This document shows, piece by piece, positions 9,619 to 19,613 of a stretch of 64,000 nt of DNA (the first letter of the stretch is position 1; every line of letters begins with the position of its first letter). Origin of the DNA: Limisphaerales bacterium (GTDB lineage Bacteria; Verrucomicrobiota; Verrucomicrobiia; Limisphaerales; SXQI01); NCBI GenBank assembly GCA_044226545.1, contig JBGAGW010000007.1, positions 557-64,556 on the forward strand. Direction: 5' to 3'. The notes below the pieces were generated by a model, which saw only the letters and a list, made by a program, of their open reading frames with translations, searched no databases and was not told where the DNA came from. Made by a program: the position numbers and the translations under genes.

Positions 9619-10869
9619 TTACGGTACGTCGCCACCAGGAAGATGAAATTTCTCTTCTTCGGAAGAGGCGCTCGCCCAAAAGCGGATTCCGCTGTAGCAG
9701 AGTTGAACCAGAAAAGGGTTTTCACCTGGATCCGTTGCTCGCTCAAACAAAGCCAGTGCCGCGCCCAAACAGGCGGCCTCCTTTTTTTCGCCTCCTAAGA
9801 ACTTCTCTTCGCGAACTTTTCGAAAGGCGGTGGCAAACCGGTTCACGCGATCGGCAGTGCAGAGGTCGATGGCCATCTCGCTGCTGGTGCCCCATATCAG
9901 CTCAGCCGCCTCCTTTGATGCCGGATGTTCGTCTGGAATAGGCGCTGGGACATTGGGATACTTGTCCAGCATCGCCAGAAACCTGTTGTGCAGCAGCGAC
10001 GCCCACTGTCCAGTCTCATCGAGCGTCGGAAGCAATTCGACCAATCCGTCTTCTTCAATGAGCCTCAGCGCCTCGACTTCCACATGGCGGATTCTTTCGT
10101 CAAACGCCTGCGGCGTAACTCGTCCGCGCAGTTGCGCTTCCAACTCCGCGCACCGTACTGGATCAGCGCGCAAAGACTCAACGCAGCGATCGAGGTCCTC
10201 CATGGTCATCGAGTCCAATTCTTCTCGGGTGAGCCCCAGCATTTTCAGCTGCTCTCGTTCCAGTTTATTGTCCACGGCCGCCCATCGTTCCATCCCCTTG
10301 AGAAACATCGCGGTCAGAAACTCGTTTGGACTGTCCGTCTCTTCAATCATGCTGCCCGCTGACAACTGCACGATCCATGCGTCATCGAACCGCATCGCTG
10401 CAACCAAATCCCTGACCAGCAACATCAAACGCGTGCCGAGAAACATGCGCTTCTCTTTGGTGGCGATGGACTGAATGGCTTCGGCCATTTTTGCCCGAGC
10501 CGCCGCTTCGGAAATCGTATCCGGAGCACCGAACGCCTTGAGCGCTTCGGCGAGTTCGTCCGGAGTGAACCAAAGCGGTTCAAACATCGGTTCGCCGAAA
10601 AGGCGGGTGGCGCGTTCTGACAGAGCGGCGTCATCTTGCAGCAATTTCTCAAAATCTGGACGGTGCCGCTCTAATTTTTTAAGAGCGCGGTCAATTTCCG
10701 GGCGCGATTCCGCGAACTCAAGCATGCTTTGAATGTCGCCGGTGCTCATTTCGGGAGCGAGTTCTTGCCGCCGTGACTCCCGTTCCTCTCTCTCATCTTC
10801 CGCGAGATGGCACTTCTTATATTTTTTACCGCTGCCGCAATGGCACGGATCATTCCGACCCAGGTTCAT
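9619..10869 (-). CDS. SEC-C motif-containing protein of unknown function (416 aa)
   Basis: N-terminal NDPCHCGSGKKYKKCH matches the SecA/YecA-type SEC-C zinc-binding motif. The rest looks acidic and helical with no recognised domain. Confidence 0.7.
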   Translation of the reverse strand: MNLGRNDPCHCGSGKKYKKCHLAEDEREERESRRQELAPEMSTGDIQSMLEFAESRPEIDRALKKLERHRPDFEKLLQDDAALSERATRLFGEPMFEPLWFTPDELAEALKAFGAPDTISEAAARAKMAEAIQSIATKEKRMFLGTRLMLLVRDLVAAMRFDDAWIVQLSAGSMIEETDSPNEFLTAMFLKGMERWAAVDNKLEREQLKMLGLTREELDSMTMEDLDRCVESLRADPVRCAELEAQLRGRVTPQAFDERIRHVEVEALRLIEEDGLVELLPTLDETGQWASLLHNRFLAMLDKYPNVPAPIPDEHPASKEAAELIWGTSSEMAIDLCTADRVNRFATAFRKVREEKFLGGEKKEAACLGAALALFERATDPGENPFLVQLCYSGIRFWASASSEEEKFHLPGGDVP

Positions 10870-11022
10870 ACTTGGATTTGAAAGTTGAGCCTATTCCAAC
10901 AACACTATTACGCCAACCGCATATACGACGACTCAGAGTGAACGGAAAAATCTCCAAGTGCGCCGCGATGGCGTCCAAGAAAAAACGGACAGGATTCGGA
11001 GACGACGTCCAGGGGAGCCTAC

Positions 11023-12483
11023 TTAGAGTGGTGGGCTCTCTCTGCGCCAGGCGGTGCTCTGCTCGTAAGCGTGCGCGAGTTTCAAAATCGTGCTTTCGCC
11101 GAAAGGCTTGCCAAGAAGCTGTAGGCCAATGGGCAGTTTCGGCGAAGTCGTAAAACCGCAAGGAATACTGATCCCGCAGATCCCCGCAAGATTACATGAA
11201 ATTGTGAATATATCGGAAAGATACATCTGGAGCGGGTCACCCGATTTTTCGCCGACTCTGAAAGCAGCAGTGGGTGTGGTCGGAGTGACAATTGCATCCA
11301 CCTTTTCGAAAGCCTTGATGAAATCCTTCCGGATGAGGGTCCGAACTTTTTGCGCCCGCAGATAGTACGCATCGTAATAACCGCTGCTCAATACGTATGT
11401 GCCCAGAATAATTCGGCGTTTCACTTCTGTTCCGAAGCCCGCGCCACGTGTTTTGGAATAGAGCTCGGTCGGATCAGGCCCATCGATGCGCATGCCGTAA
11501 CGAATCCCATCGAACCGCGCCAGGTTCGCACTCGCCTCCGCCGGCGCGATGATGTAGTAGGTCGCCGCCGCGTAATCGGTGTGCGGCAGGCTCACTTCGA
11601 GAATCTCGGCGCCGAGTTTTTGCAAGGTTTCAACCGCCTTGTTCACCGCGCTGCTTACCTCGGGATCTAGCCCGCCGATCATGTACTCCTTCGCTATGCC
11701 GAGCTTCAGCCCTTTGATATTGCCGTCCAGCAGGTCGGCATAATTCGGCACCGGCTCGGGAACGCTCGTCGAGTCGCGGGCATCGATCCCGCTGATAGTC
11801 CGCAAGATGGTGGCGCAGTCGCGCACATCCTTGGTGAACGGCCCGATCTGATCCAACGAAGAGGCGAAGGCGACCAAACCATAGCGCGAGACCCGGCCAT
11901 AGGTGGGTTTCATCCCTACGCAACCGCAAAGTGCCGCAGGCTGCCGAATGGAACCGCCTGTATCCGAACCGAGGGTCGCAATACATTCATCCGCAGCAAC
12001 GGCAGCCGCCGACCCGCCCGAGGACCCGCCCGGGATGCGTTCAAGGTCCCATGGGTTGCGAGTGGTAAAAAAGCCCGAGTTTTCGGTCGAACTTCCCATG
12101 GCGAATTCGTCCATGTTCAAGCGTCCGAAAATTAGAGCGCCGGCATCCTTCAACTTTTCGACGACGGTTGCATTGTAGGGCGAACGGAAATTCCCGAGAA
12201 TTTTCGATGAGCAATTGCACGGTTGTCCTTTGACCGCGAGCAGATCCTTCATTCCGAGCGGGATGCCCAGCAACTCGCGAGGGTCATTTGGATTGGAGGC
12301 CAGAGCCCGGTCAGCCGCGTCGGCCTGAGCCAGCGCATCGGTCGCATCATAACTGAGGAAAGCTTTGACTTTGGAGTCGACCTGCGCGACGCGATTCAGG
12401 CACGCCTGCATCAATTCGCGCGCCGAAAACTCCTTCTTACGCAAACCGCGCGCCGCTTCAGAAATGGTCAGTTGGTTCAACAT
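11023..12483 (-). CDS. gatA: Asp-tRNA(Asn)/Glu-tRNA(Gln) amidotransferase subunit A
   Basis: Amidase signature [13 protein letters not shown] and the typical N-terminus [14 protein letters not shown]...ELMQACL. The internal ATG at 12481-12483 is taken as the start. The 64 upstream ORF codons look non-homologous. Confidence 0.95.
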   Translation of the reverse strand: MLNQLTISEAARGLRKKEFSARELMQACLNRVAQVDSKVKAFLSYDATDALAQADAADRALASNPNDPRELLGIPLGMKDLLAVKGQPCNCSSKILGNFRSPYNATVVEKLKDAGALIFGRLNMDEFAMGSSTENSGFFTTRNPWDLERIPGGSSGGSAAAVAADECIATLGSDTGGSIRQPAALCGCVGMKPTYGRVSRYGLVAFASSLDQIGPFTKDVRDCATILRTISGIDARDSTSVPEPVPNYADLLDGNIKGLKLGIAKEYMIGGLDPEVSSAVNKAVETLQKLGAEILEVSLPHTDYAAATYYIIAPAEASANLARFDGIRYGMRIDGPDPTELYSKTRGAGFGTEVKRRIILGTYVLSSGYYDAYYLRAQKVRTLIRKDFIKAFEKVDAIVTPTTPTAAFRVGEKSGDPLQMYLSDIFTISCNLAGICGISIPCGFTTSPKLPIGLQLLGKPFGESTILKLAHAYEQSTAWRRESPPL

Positions 12484-12624
12484 GGAACTCAAACGGCGCG
12501 AAGCTACGTGGCGTGTACATCCCCGTAAAGAGTCATTTTGAGCGGAAAACGCGAGACGCCTCTTTGAACCACTCCGGAATTGGCGCGTGCATTTCCCGTG
12601 TGACTGCATTAGCTGTAGAAAAGA

Positions 12625-13767
12625 ATGAGGAGATTGGCTGTTTCTGTATTGGCCCTGATGACGTTTGCTTTTCAAACAGGAGCAGCGGACGACGCTTCAG
12701 TGCGAAATGAAATCCAACATGCGATTGATCGCGGGCTGGCCTGGCTGAAGGCAAACCAGAATTCTAATGGATGGTGGCAAACGCCGGACCACCCCGCAAT
12801 CACCGCTCTGGCAATCACTGCGTTCAATGGTGAACCGATGAATCGTTATCGAGCGAGTCAGATTCCCGAGTTAAAGCGCGCTTACGAATTCATTGTCGCG
12901 CAAGCCAGGCCAGATGGAAGCATCTACTCAACGAACTTGCCCACCTATAATACGTCGATCTGTATGCTGGGACTGCTCTCGGCAAATGATCCGCGCTACG
13001 ACGCGATTTTGCGCAAGGCCCGGGCATTTCTGGTCAGCGTTCAACGCGACTTCGGCGAAAAGGGCAGACTCGATACTCCGTATGATGGCGGATTTGGCTA
13101 CGGACTTCCTTCCGACAAAAACTCGGATATGAGCAACACGCTCTTCGCATTGGAAGCGATGTACTACAGCAAGCGGGTGGACTCAGATCATCCAAAACCA
13201 AACGACTTGAATTGGGAGGCAGCGATTCACTTTCTCCAAAGCTGTCAAAATCTGCCCCGCTACAACACGAACGGCTGGGCTTCAGATGACCCTCAAAATA
13301 AAGGCGGTTTCATCTATAATACCGGTCGCAGCAACGCCGGATCAGAGACCAACAGCGTTACCGGCCGCGTGACCTGGCGGTCCTACGCCAGCATCAGCTA
13401 CGCAGGAATGCTGAGTTACCTCTATGCTGACTTGAAAAAGAATGATCCCCGTGTGACCGCGGTGTTCGATTGGCTGAAGCAGAACTACACGCTGGACGAA
13501 AACCCGGGGATGAAAGATGCGGGGCTCTTTTACTACTATCACACCATGACCAAAGCGTTGCGTGCCTATGGAGTCGAAATGCTCGAATTGCCGGGCGGCA
13601 GCAAGGTGGATTGGTCACGCGATCTCGCGCTCAAGTTGATTCAATTGCAGAAGTCCGATGGCTCCTGGGTGAACGCAAATGCACGCTGGTTTGAAAAAGA
13701 GCCTGCGCTTGTGACTTGTTACGCACTGCTTTCGCTCGAACTTCTTTGGCGAAATCTCGAGGCCTGA
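12625..13767 (+). CDS. Secreted prenyltransferase/squalene-oxidase-repeat (alpha-alpha toroid) protein
   Basis: Signal peptide [21 protein letters not shown]. Repeated QxxxGxW-like units ([24 protein letters not shown]) typical of terpene-cyclase/prenyltransferase repeats. Confidence 0.75.
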   Translation: MRRLAVSVLALMTFAFQTGAADDASVRNEIQHAIDRGLAWLKANQNSNGWWQTPDHPAITALAITAFNGEPMNRYRASQIPELKRAYEFIVAQARPDGSIYSTNLPTYNTSICMLGLLSANDPRYDAILRKARAFLVSVQRDFGEKGRLDTPYDGGFGYGLPSDKNSDMSNTLFALEAMYYSKRVDSDHPKPNDLNWEAAIHFLQSCQNLPRYNTNGWASDDPQNKGGFIYNTGRSNAGSETNSVTGRVTWRSYASISYAGMLSYLYADLKKNDPRVTAVFDWLKQNYTLDENPGMKDAGLFYYYHTMTKALRAYGVEMLELPGGSKVDWSRDLALKLIQLQKSDGSWVNANARWFEKEPALVTCYALLSLELLWRNLEA

Positions 13768-14229
13768 TCACGCCTGGGCCGCGGCGGGTTCAGGAAAATT
13801 CTCTGTGGCGGCGTGGATGGGAACGGTCACCGCGGACCTGGATACTGCTTTCGCCGATGGAGCCCCGCGTTTTTTGCGGGGAGTCAGCTTGCCCTTGTTT
13901 GTTTTGGTTCCCGGAGAGGTCGTGACTTTCGTTTTCGCTTTTGCGGCGCTTTTCTTTTGTGACTTCTTCAGCTTGCGAGCGAGCTTTTCAAGCGCCGCGT
14001 TGCTTTGTTTATAGCAGTGTTTCGCGGCTTTGCGCGCCGCCTGGGTCAACGCCGACTCCCTCCGCATCCGCTTAAGTTCTTTTCGCGCGGCCTTGTATTT
14101 CGCCTTGGTGTCGCTCCAGGCTTCTGAAATCAGTCGGGTGCGCGTGATGATCTTTTCATAGGCAGTCTTGGCGGCTTTTTGGGCCATCTGAGCATTTTTT
14201 AAAGCGATTTGAAGCTTCTGAAGTTTCAT
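13768..14229 (-). CDS. Hypothetical highly basic Lys/Ala-rich protein (coiled-coil N-terminal half, histone-H1-like C-terminal tail)
   Basis: 153 aa counted from ATG 14227-14229. Sequence KKSQKKSAAKAKTKVTTSPGTKTNKGKLTPRKKRG. Low complexity, so the coding status is not secure. Overlapping plus-strand ORFs look less protein-like. Confidence 0.45.
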   Translation of the reverse strand: MKLQKLQIALKNAQMAQKAAKTAYEKIITRTRLISEAWSDTKAKYKAARKELKRMRRESALTQAARKAAKHCYKQSNAALEKLARKLKKSQKKSAAKAKTKVTTSPGTKTNKGKLTPRKKRGAPSAKAVSRSAVTVPIHAATENFPEPAAAQA

Positions 14230-14360
14230 TCCAAAGCGAGAAATCAAAGCTGTTACCCCGCGTCAATCCGAAACCGCTTGCGACGAAGCTTTCGTCGAGA
14301 ATTTTACATAACCGTAACATTAGTTCATTCGGACAGGACGATTGCCTTACCTTCCACTGG

Positions 14361-14885
14361 TCACTTCACATATTTGTTCACCATTCGCTCCCCTTCCTCG
14401 GGTCCAGCCCATCCGAGAAACTTAGGGTCCTTGCCCTCGAAACGCGTGGTGGCCAGAAAGAACTCTTCGAGCTCCTGTCGCCACCTCAGAGGCAGATCCT
14501 TTGGTGACTTGAACGCGTCAAAGCGTGGCATTTTCACCGGTATCATGATCAACCTATCGTTGCGCACACGGCGCTTTGGTTGCTTTTTGTTTTGTTCCCA
14601 ACGCAACACACCGAGCGGCCGGCACTCGATCACAACTCCCGGAAACGTTCCAAGATCGCTGAACACCATTGCATCGACAGGATCGCCGTCCGGTCCAAGG
14701 GTGCTGGGAATGAAACCCCAATCGTACGGATAAAAAACCCCGGTAACCAGCGGGCGCGAAAATTTGAATGTCTTCAGCCCGGGATCATACTTGATCTTCA
14801 CACGCGATCCCCGCGGCGACTCCACCACGACATGAATCGCGCCTTCACCCGAGCGCGTGGGCAGAGACAGCAAATCAGCGAGCAT
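14361..14885 (-). CDS. ppa: Inorganic pyrophosphatase (family I)
   Basis: VVVESPRGSRVKIKYD and YPYDWGFIPSTLGPDGDPVDAMV match family I PPase active-site regions. ATG 14883-14885 gives 174 aa, the typical size. The alternative start at 14954 would leave only 28 nt to the divergent Rrf2 gene. Confidence 0.9.
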   Translation of the reverse strand: MLADLLSLPTRSGEGAIHVVVESPRGSRVKIKYDPGLKTFKFSRPLVTGVFYPYDWGFIPSTLGPDGDPVDAMVFSDLGTFPGVVIECRPLGVLRWEQNKKQPKRRVRNDRLIMIPVKMPRFDAFKSPKDLPLRWRQELEEFFLATTRFEGKDPKFLGWAGPEEGERMVNKYVK

Positions 14886-14982
14886 ATGTTCGAGTATCGG
14901 CGATTGTGGAGCGTCGACAACAGGGGATAACCTGACCTTTCCGCTGTTTGACAAATGTAATCCATGTTGTTACATATGCCGC

Positions 14983-15429
14983 GTGCTGACCAGTTGCCGG
15001 TTTGCCGTGGCCGTCCACGTGATGACCGTTCTCGCGTTTAAGGAGAGCGAACCGGTGACCTCTGATCTGCTCGCCTCCAGCGTCAACACCAATCCGGTCG
15101 TCATTCGCAGGTTGTTGCTGCTCTTGCAGGAAGCGCGCCTGGTCGAAACTCGAAAAGGAGCTGGACTCGGATCGCGCCTCTTGCGCAAACCCAATAAGAT
15201 CCGCCTGGGCGACATCTACCGCGCGGTCGAGACGGAAAAGCTCTTTCCCTTTCCCGCACGCCAGCCGAACAAGGGATGTCCCGTGGGCCAATGCATCCAG
15301 GTGGCGCTCGAAAATATTTTTACAACCGCACAGTTGGCGATGGAAAAGGAGCTGTCGAAAACCACTCTGGCGGATGTCCTCGACGCGGTCGAAGAGCAGT
15401 GCTCGGAATCGAAGGGGAAGGGAAAGTAA
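14983..15429 (+). CDS. Rrf2 family transcriptional regulator
   Basis: LTSCRFAVAVHVMTVLA...TSDLLASSVNTNPVVIRRLLLLLQEARLVETRKG is the Rrf2 winged-helix N-terminus. An in-frame GTG at 14983 is chosen as the start. Confidence 0.85.
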   Translation: MLTSCRFAVAVHVMTVLAFKESEPVTSDLLASSVNTNPVVIRRLLLLLQEARLVETRKGAGLGSRLLRKPNKIRLGDIYRAVETEKLFPFPARQPNKGCPVGQCIQVALENIFTTAQLAMEKELSKTTLADVLDAVEEQCSESKGKGK

Positions 15430-15486
15430 TTTCTCATAACTGTTCAAGTGAACCGAACGGTTTGCGAGACAGGAGAAAGTCAAAGG

Positions 15487-16860
15487 ATGAAATCTGAATT
15501 GCTGGACCTGGCAGGAGTTGTATCCACACCTGAGGTGGCAGTTGCGTCCCGAGGTCTCGAGCACCGCCAACTGCGGCGGGACGAATTCTGGCGAGAAATT
15601 CCGGGCTACGCGCACGTGGCTGCGCAGGAATTTCACACGCATACTTTTCAAAACAGGCAGAGTATCACGAACGTGCGTCAACTGCGTGAAACTCTCCAGA
15701 CACTCGTCTCCGATTCGTTCTACGCAGATGTTTTGGAGGGGCTGAAACGCGCACCTATGAACCTGCGGATTTCTCCGTATCTGCTCTCGCTTGTCAACTG
15801 GGAGGACCCTTACTCGGATCCAATTCGCACTCAATTCATGCCCGTCGCTTCGCAACAATTGCCGGATCATCCGGAGCTGCGGCTGGATTCGTTGCACGAA
15901 CGGAAAGACTCCCCCGTCCCTGGCCTGACCCATCGGTATCCTGATAAAGCATTGTTTCTTACGTTGGATTCCTGCCCGGTCTATTGCCGCTTCTGCACGC
16001 GGAGTTACGCCATCGGCGGCGATACGGAGACGGTCGAGAAGATCAAGCAGTCACCACGGCTCGAACGCTGGGAACAATCTTTCGTCTACATCGAGTCACG
16101 GCCCGAGCTCGAAGATATCGTGATCAGCGGGGGCGACACTTACAATCTCAAGGCCGAACATATTCAGCTCATCGGCGAACGGCTGCTCCGGATGCCCAAC
16201 ATCCGCCGGATCCGCTACGCCACGAAGGGCCTCGCAGTGTTGCCGCAGAAAATCATAACCGACACGCCGTGGCTCGACGCGCTGACACGCGTCGTCGAAC
16301 TGGGACGGAGGTTGCATAAGGATGTGGTCGTCCATACCCATTTCAATAATCCGAACGAGATCACTGGCATCACACAGGATGCCATGAATCTTATGACGGA
16401 ACGGGGCATCACCGTGAGGTGCCAAACCGTTCTGCAGAGAGGGGTGAACGATACTCCGGAAACGATGCAACTCCTGGTACGGCGCTTGAGTTATATCAAC
16501 GTCCATCCGTATTACGTTTATTTTCACGATATGGTCCCGGGCGTGGAAGACCTCAGAACATCTCTGCAAACCGGGTTGGATATCGAGAAGCACGTGCGGG
16601 GACACACCGCCGGCTTTAACACACCTTCCTTTGTGGTCGACACGATGGGAGGCGGCGGAAAACGCGATGGCCATTCCTTCGAACACTATGATCGTGAAAC
16701 CGGCATCGCTGTATTTACAAGCCCGAGTGTGAAGCCGGGCGCCTACTTTCTCTACTTTGATCCCCTTCGCAGTCTCGATCCCGAGGTGCAACAGCGCTGG
16801 GCTTCCTCCGCTGAGCGCCGTTCAATGATTCAGAGCGCTCTCGTAGCAGCCCGCGATTAG
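15487..16860 (+). CDS. KamA-family radical SAM aminomutase (lysine 2,3-aminomutase-like)
   Basis: CPVYCRFCTRS CxxxCxxC cluster in the KamA context and ISGGD. ATG 15487 is preceded by aggag. 457 aa. Confidence 0.85.
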   Translation: MKSELLDLAGVVSTPEVAVASRGLEHRQLRRDEFWREIPGYAHVAAQEFHTHTFQNRQSITNVRQLRETLQTLVSDSFYADVLEGLKRAPMNLRISPYLLSLVNWEDPYSDPIRTQFMPVASQQLPDHPELRLDSLHERKDSPVPGLTHRYPDKALFLTLDSCPVYCRFCTRSYAIGGDTETVEKIKQSPRLERWEQSFVYIESRPELEDIVISGGDTYNLKAEHIQLIGERLLRMPNIRRIRYATKGLAVLPQKIITDTPWLDALTRVVELGRRLHKDVVVHTHFNNPNEITGITQDAMNLMTERGITVRCQTVLQRGVNDTPETMQLLVRRLSYINVHPYYVYFHDMVPGVEDLRTSLQTGLDIEKHVRGHTAGFNTPSFVVDTMGGGGKRDGHSFEHYDRETGIAVFTSPSVKPGAYFLYFDPLRSLDPEVQQRWASSAERRSMIQSALVAARD

Positions 16861-17105
16861 CCTCGCCCTTCATCGTCGGAATAATAAGCACGACGGCCAG
16901 ATTTTCATCCGCTTCGCGAACGGGTCGCTTAAAGCCACAAACGGTGGATTGCGGCTATGTGATTTATACTCAAGAGAGTTCGCGCACGAATCCAAACAAC
17001 CTGACGCGGCTTTCAGCGCCGGGGTGCAGAAGCCTCTGCTTGACACTGTCGAATGGAACGGAGTCAATCGTCCACGCGGAACCTCGCCGAGGAGGCCGAA
17101 CGGGT

Positions 17106-19508
17106 ATGAAAGCCATTGGTGGACTGATCTTCGTCGGGTGCGCCTGCATTCAACCTTTGCTGGCGCAACCTTGTCAATATTCGTGGAAAGATCCCGTCAG
17201 CGGGTTGTTCACAGACGCGGGACGCTGGGATCCCGGCCCGTTTCCACCGGCTGGTTGTCAGGGCCGCGCTCCGCGCTCAGATGAGTATGTGGCGTTTCGA
17301 CAGGGGACTTACACGGTGACTATTCCGGAGACGGTTGAACCGATTGTCGCCGAATTTGGCACTTCTGGTCCGCCGCCATTCGAGCCGTGGGACATCACGT
17401 TCAACATCGCCAAAACGTTTGATCCCGATACGCTTGCTACTTCCGGCCAACTGACCGTCACGGGTAAAGGGTCGCTTCGCGTCGCGGAGCTTTATAACAT
17501 GGGACCGGACGCGAACTTTGTTCTGGATCAGGCCTCGGCGATTTTTACGAAGATTCTCCCCTCAGCTCCTGGGCCAAGGGAACTTTCGCGACAGTTTCTG
17601 GTTCGAAATAAAGGCAAACTGAGCACCCTTGGTAACTTTGGAAGTTTCGGCGTAACCGTCGATGGGGGAATGTGGGAGCACTCGGGCGGCCCAAGCGCAG
17701 TGCCAGATCAAATTCGCATCATCAACGGCGGAGAGTTTAAAGCGGGCGCCCTTAAGCTCACGAGCGTTCCCTTAAGATTTGAATCAGGCAGTACGGGACA
17801 GATCGACGATCTGAACACGCACAATAACGTTTTTATTTCCACCGGCAGCGTTCTAACAACGAAAGCGGTGGAACTTCGCTTCGGCACTTCCATGGTCGAT
17901 GGCTTCGGTTCCAAATGGTCCATCGGCACTCTGACGCTCCCGGAATCGGCGATCGTCCTCGCCACGAACCGAGCTCAGTTGCTTTGTAACCAGGTCATCT
18001 TCGCGAACGATCCAAACAACGTCACCTCACTTTCAGCGCGTGGCGCTGAATCCCGTGTGACGGTCGCGACACCGCTGCGCGTGGCACATGGCACGGTAAA
18101 CGTAACGGATGGCGGCACCTTTACCGTGCCGCAAGCGGCCGTTGGTCTGGGCGGAGTGGTTTCGGTCGGACGCGGCGCAGCCCTTCTAAGCGGCGCGCAG
18201 TTCAAGTGCGACGGTGATTTAAACATCGGCGAGAACGGAGCGCTGGGTTCGCCGTTCAACGTGACCGGCGGAGGCCGCGCCAGCGCCCGCCGTGTTTCGA
18301 TTGGACGCTCGACTCAGGCCAGCTCTTTGACCATCGATGCTGCCAACGGCAGCTCGGCCTTGTTCGAAATGGGCGGAGAAATGCGGGTGGGCGATCTCGG
18401 CGTCGGAACTTTAACGGTGGCGAACGGCGCCCGACTTACGTTCAACGGTCAGATCAACGCGCTCATTATCACCCCGGAAGAAAGGGGCGACGGTCAGGCC
18501 ACGGTATCCGGACTGGATTCAGCTCTTGAAATTCCGGGCTACATTCACGTGGGTCGAGGCGGGGTCGGCCGCTTTTTTGTGAATGGCGGCGGGAAAGTAA
18601 CGACGGGCGGCTTCAATGTGGGCGACGTTTTTGGACCGAACACTCGCCTGGCGAGCGTCGTCGGTGATAACTCGACGTTGAAGACAGATTTTTCCTCTGT
18701 GGCGAACGGCACCTTGCGGGTTTTTAGCGGCGGCTTTGTGCAGATCGTCTCAGAGCTCGCCTTACAGAATCCGTCCCTGATCGATCTCAGCACCGGAAAA
18801 CTCGAAATTGGGAACGCAGGCGGTTCGCCCGTAGGGATCTGTCGAGTCGACCGCGGTGTTCTGCGTGGGACTGGAACAGTGCGGTGCAGTTCTCTCGAAC
18901 TGATCGACCGTGGTGTTTGCGAACCGGGAACAGCTCTCACTGCTGATCACGTTCTCACGGTGGACGGCGGCGATTATTTGCAGGACGTCAACGGCGCGTT
19001 GGTGGTTAACGTCTGGGGTGGGAATCCCGCGACGTTCGGCGTGTTAAATGTCGGGCGCGGTGTCACTCTCAATGGCAAACTGATCGTCCACTTTTTGGCT
19101 GGAGCCCAACCCAAAGCGGGCGATCAGTTGGGAATAGTTCGCTTTCGTGAAGGCTTGGTTGGGGCCTGGAGCAGCATCGTCATCGAAGGGTTAAAGCCCG
19201 ACGTCAAATTCGAACAAAAGCTGTTGGAACCGGGCGTATATGGCCTCGCGTTTTTATCGGCGGGCGAATCGGAGGAATGCGACGATGAAGAACCAAGGAT
19301 CGATTCAATCGATCAGTCGGTGCCGGGGCAGATCGGATTGCGGATCTCAGCGGGTTCCTGCGGTTTCCCGCGGGTTGAATACTCGGACGATTTAAAAACC
19401 TGGCGTTTGTTGACGATCTTCACGGTCGATGATTTCGGACAGGCCTTCGTCGTGGACCGCTCCATCTCACTTTCCCACGCTCGCTTTTACCGAGTCGTCC
19501 GTCTGTAA
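17106..19508 (+). CDS. Secreted beta-helix/autotransporter-passenger-like repeat protein with a C-terminal RFYRV module (800 aa)
   Basis: Signal peptide MKAIGGLIFVGCACIQPLLAQ. SWKDPVSGLFTDAGRWDPGP opening typical of beta-strand-repeat passengers. Gly/Val/Thr-rich degenerate repeats. It ends ...RVEYSDDLKTW...ARFYRVVRL. Confidence 0.7.
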   Translation: MKAIGGLIFVGCACIQPLLAQPCQYSWKDPVSGLFTDAGRWDPGPFPPAGCQGRAPRSDEYVAFRQGTYTVTIPETVEPIVAEFGTSGPPPFEPWDITFNIAKTFDPDTLATSGQLTVTGKGSLRVAELYNMGPDANFVLDQASAIFTKILPSAPGPRELSRQFLVRNKGKLSTLGNFGSFGVTVDGGMWEHSGGPSAVPDQIRIINGGEFKAGALKLTSVPLRFESGSTGQIDDLNTHNNVFISTGSVLTTKAVELRFGTSMVDGFGSKWSIGTLTLPESAIVLATNRAQLLCNQVIFANDPNNVTSLSARGAESRVTVATPLRVAHGTVNVTDGGTFTVPQAAVGLGGVVSVGRGAALLSGAQFKCDGDLNIGENGALGSPFNVTGGGRASARRVSIGRSTQASSLTIDAANGSSALFEMGGEMRVGDLGVGTLTVANGARLTFNGQINALIITPEERGDGQATVSGLDSALEIPGYIHVGRGGVGRFFVNGGGKVTTGGFNVGDVFGPNTRLASVVGDNSTLKTDFSSVANGTLRVFSGGFVQIVSELALQNPSLIDLSTGKLEIGNAGGSPVGICRVDRGVLRGTGTVRCSSLELIDRGVCEPGTALTADHVLTVDGGDYLQDVNGALVVNVWGGNPATFGVLNVGRGVTLNGKLIVHFLAGAQPKAGDQLGIVRFREGLVGAWSSIVIEGLKPDVKFEQKLLEPGVYGLAFLSAGESEECDDEEPRIDSIDQSVPGQIGLRISAGSCGFPRVEYSDDLKTWRLLTIFTVDDFGQAFVVDRSISLSHARFYRVVRL

Positions 19509-19539
19509 GAGTTTCCCTGCGCCGCTGAATCGGAAACTC
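19509..19539 (+). other. 8-bp stem hairpin immediately after the stop codon of the 800-aa gene
   Basis: gagtttcc (19509-19516) and ggaaactc (19532-19539) are exact reverse complements with a 15-nt loop. There is no trailing U-tract. It may be a weak terminator, an attenuator or an RNA-processing site between the two large genes. Confidence 0.3.
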
Positions 19540-19613
19540 GGCAGGCCAAACCGCATAATTAGGGCTTCCAAGGGAGGGTTTGCCTCTATAGTTTGACTCC
19601 GGCGGCCTTCTTT

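Noticed and set aside
12484-12675. N-terminal extension of the gatA ORF ([14 protein letters not shown]...). Analogous extensions occur on korA (29704-29820), GH57 (31494-31559), maf (44489-44563), purK (49551-49592), modA (57885-57965), hprK (53345-53401) and the 800-aa protein (16944-17105).
   Set aside because: Family homology or a signal peptide begins at an internal ATG that I verified in the nucleotide sequence. The upstream codons are basic, low-complexity and overlap divergent promoter regions.
15430-15486. Possible lysine riboswitch upstream of the KamA-like gene.
   Set aside because: The 57-nt spacer is far too short for an L-box, which is well over 150 nt.
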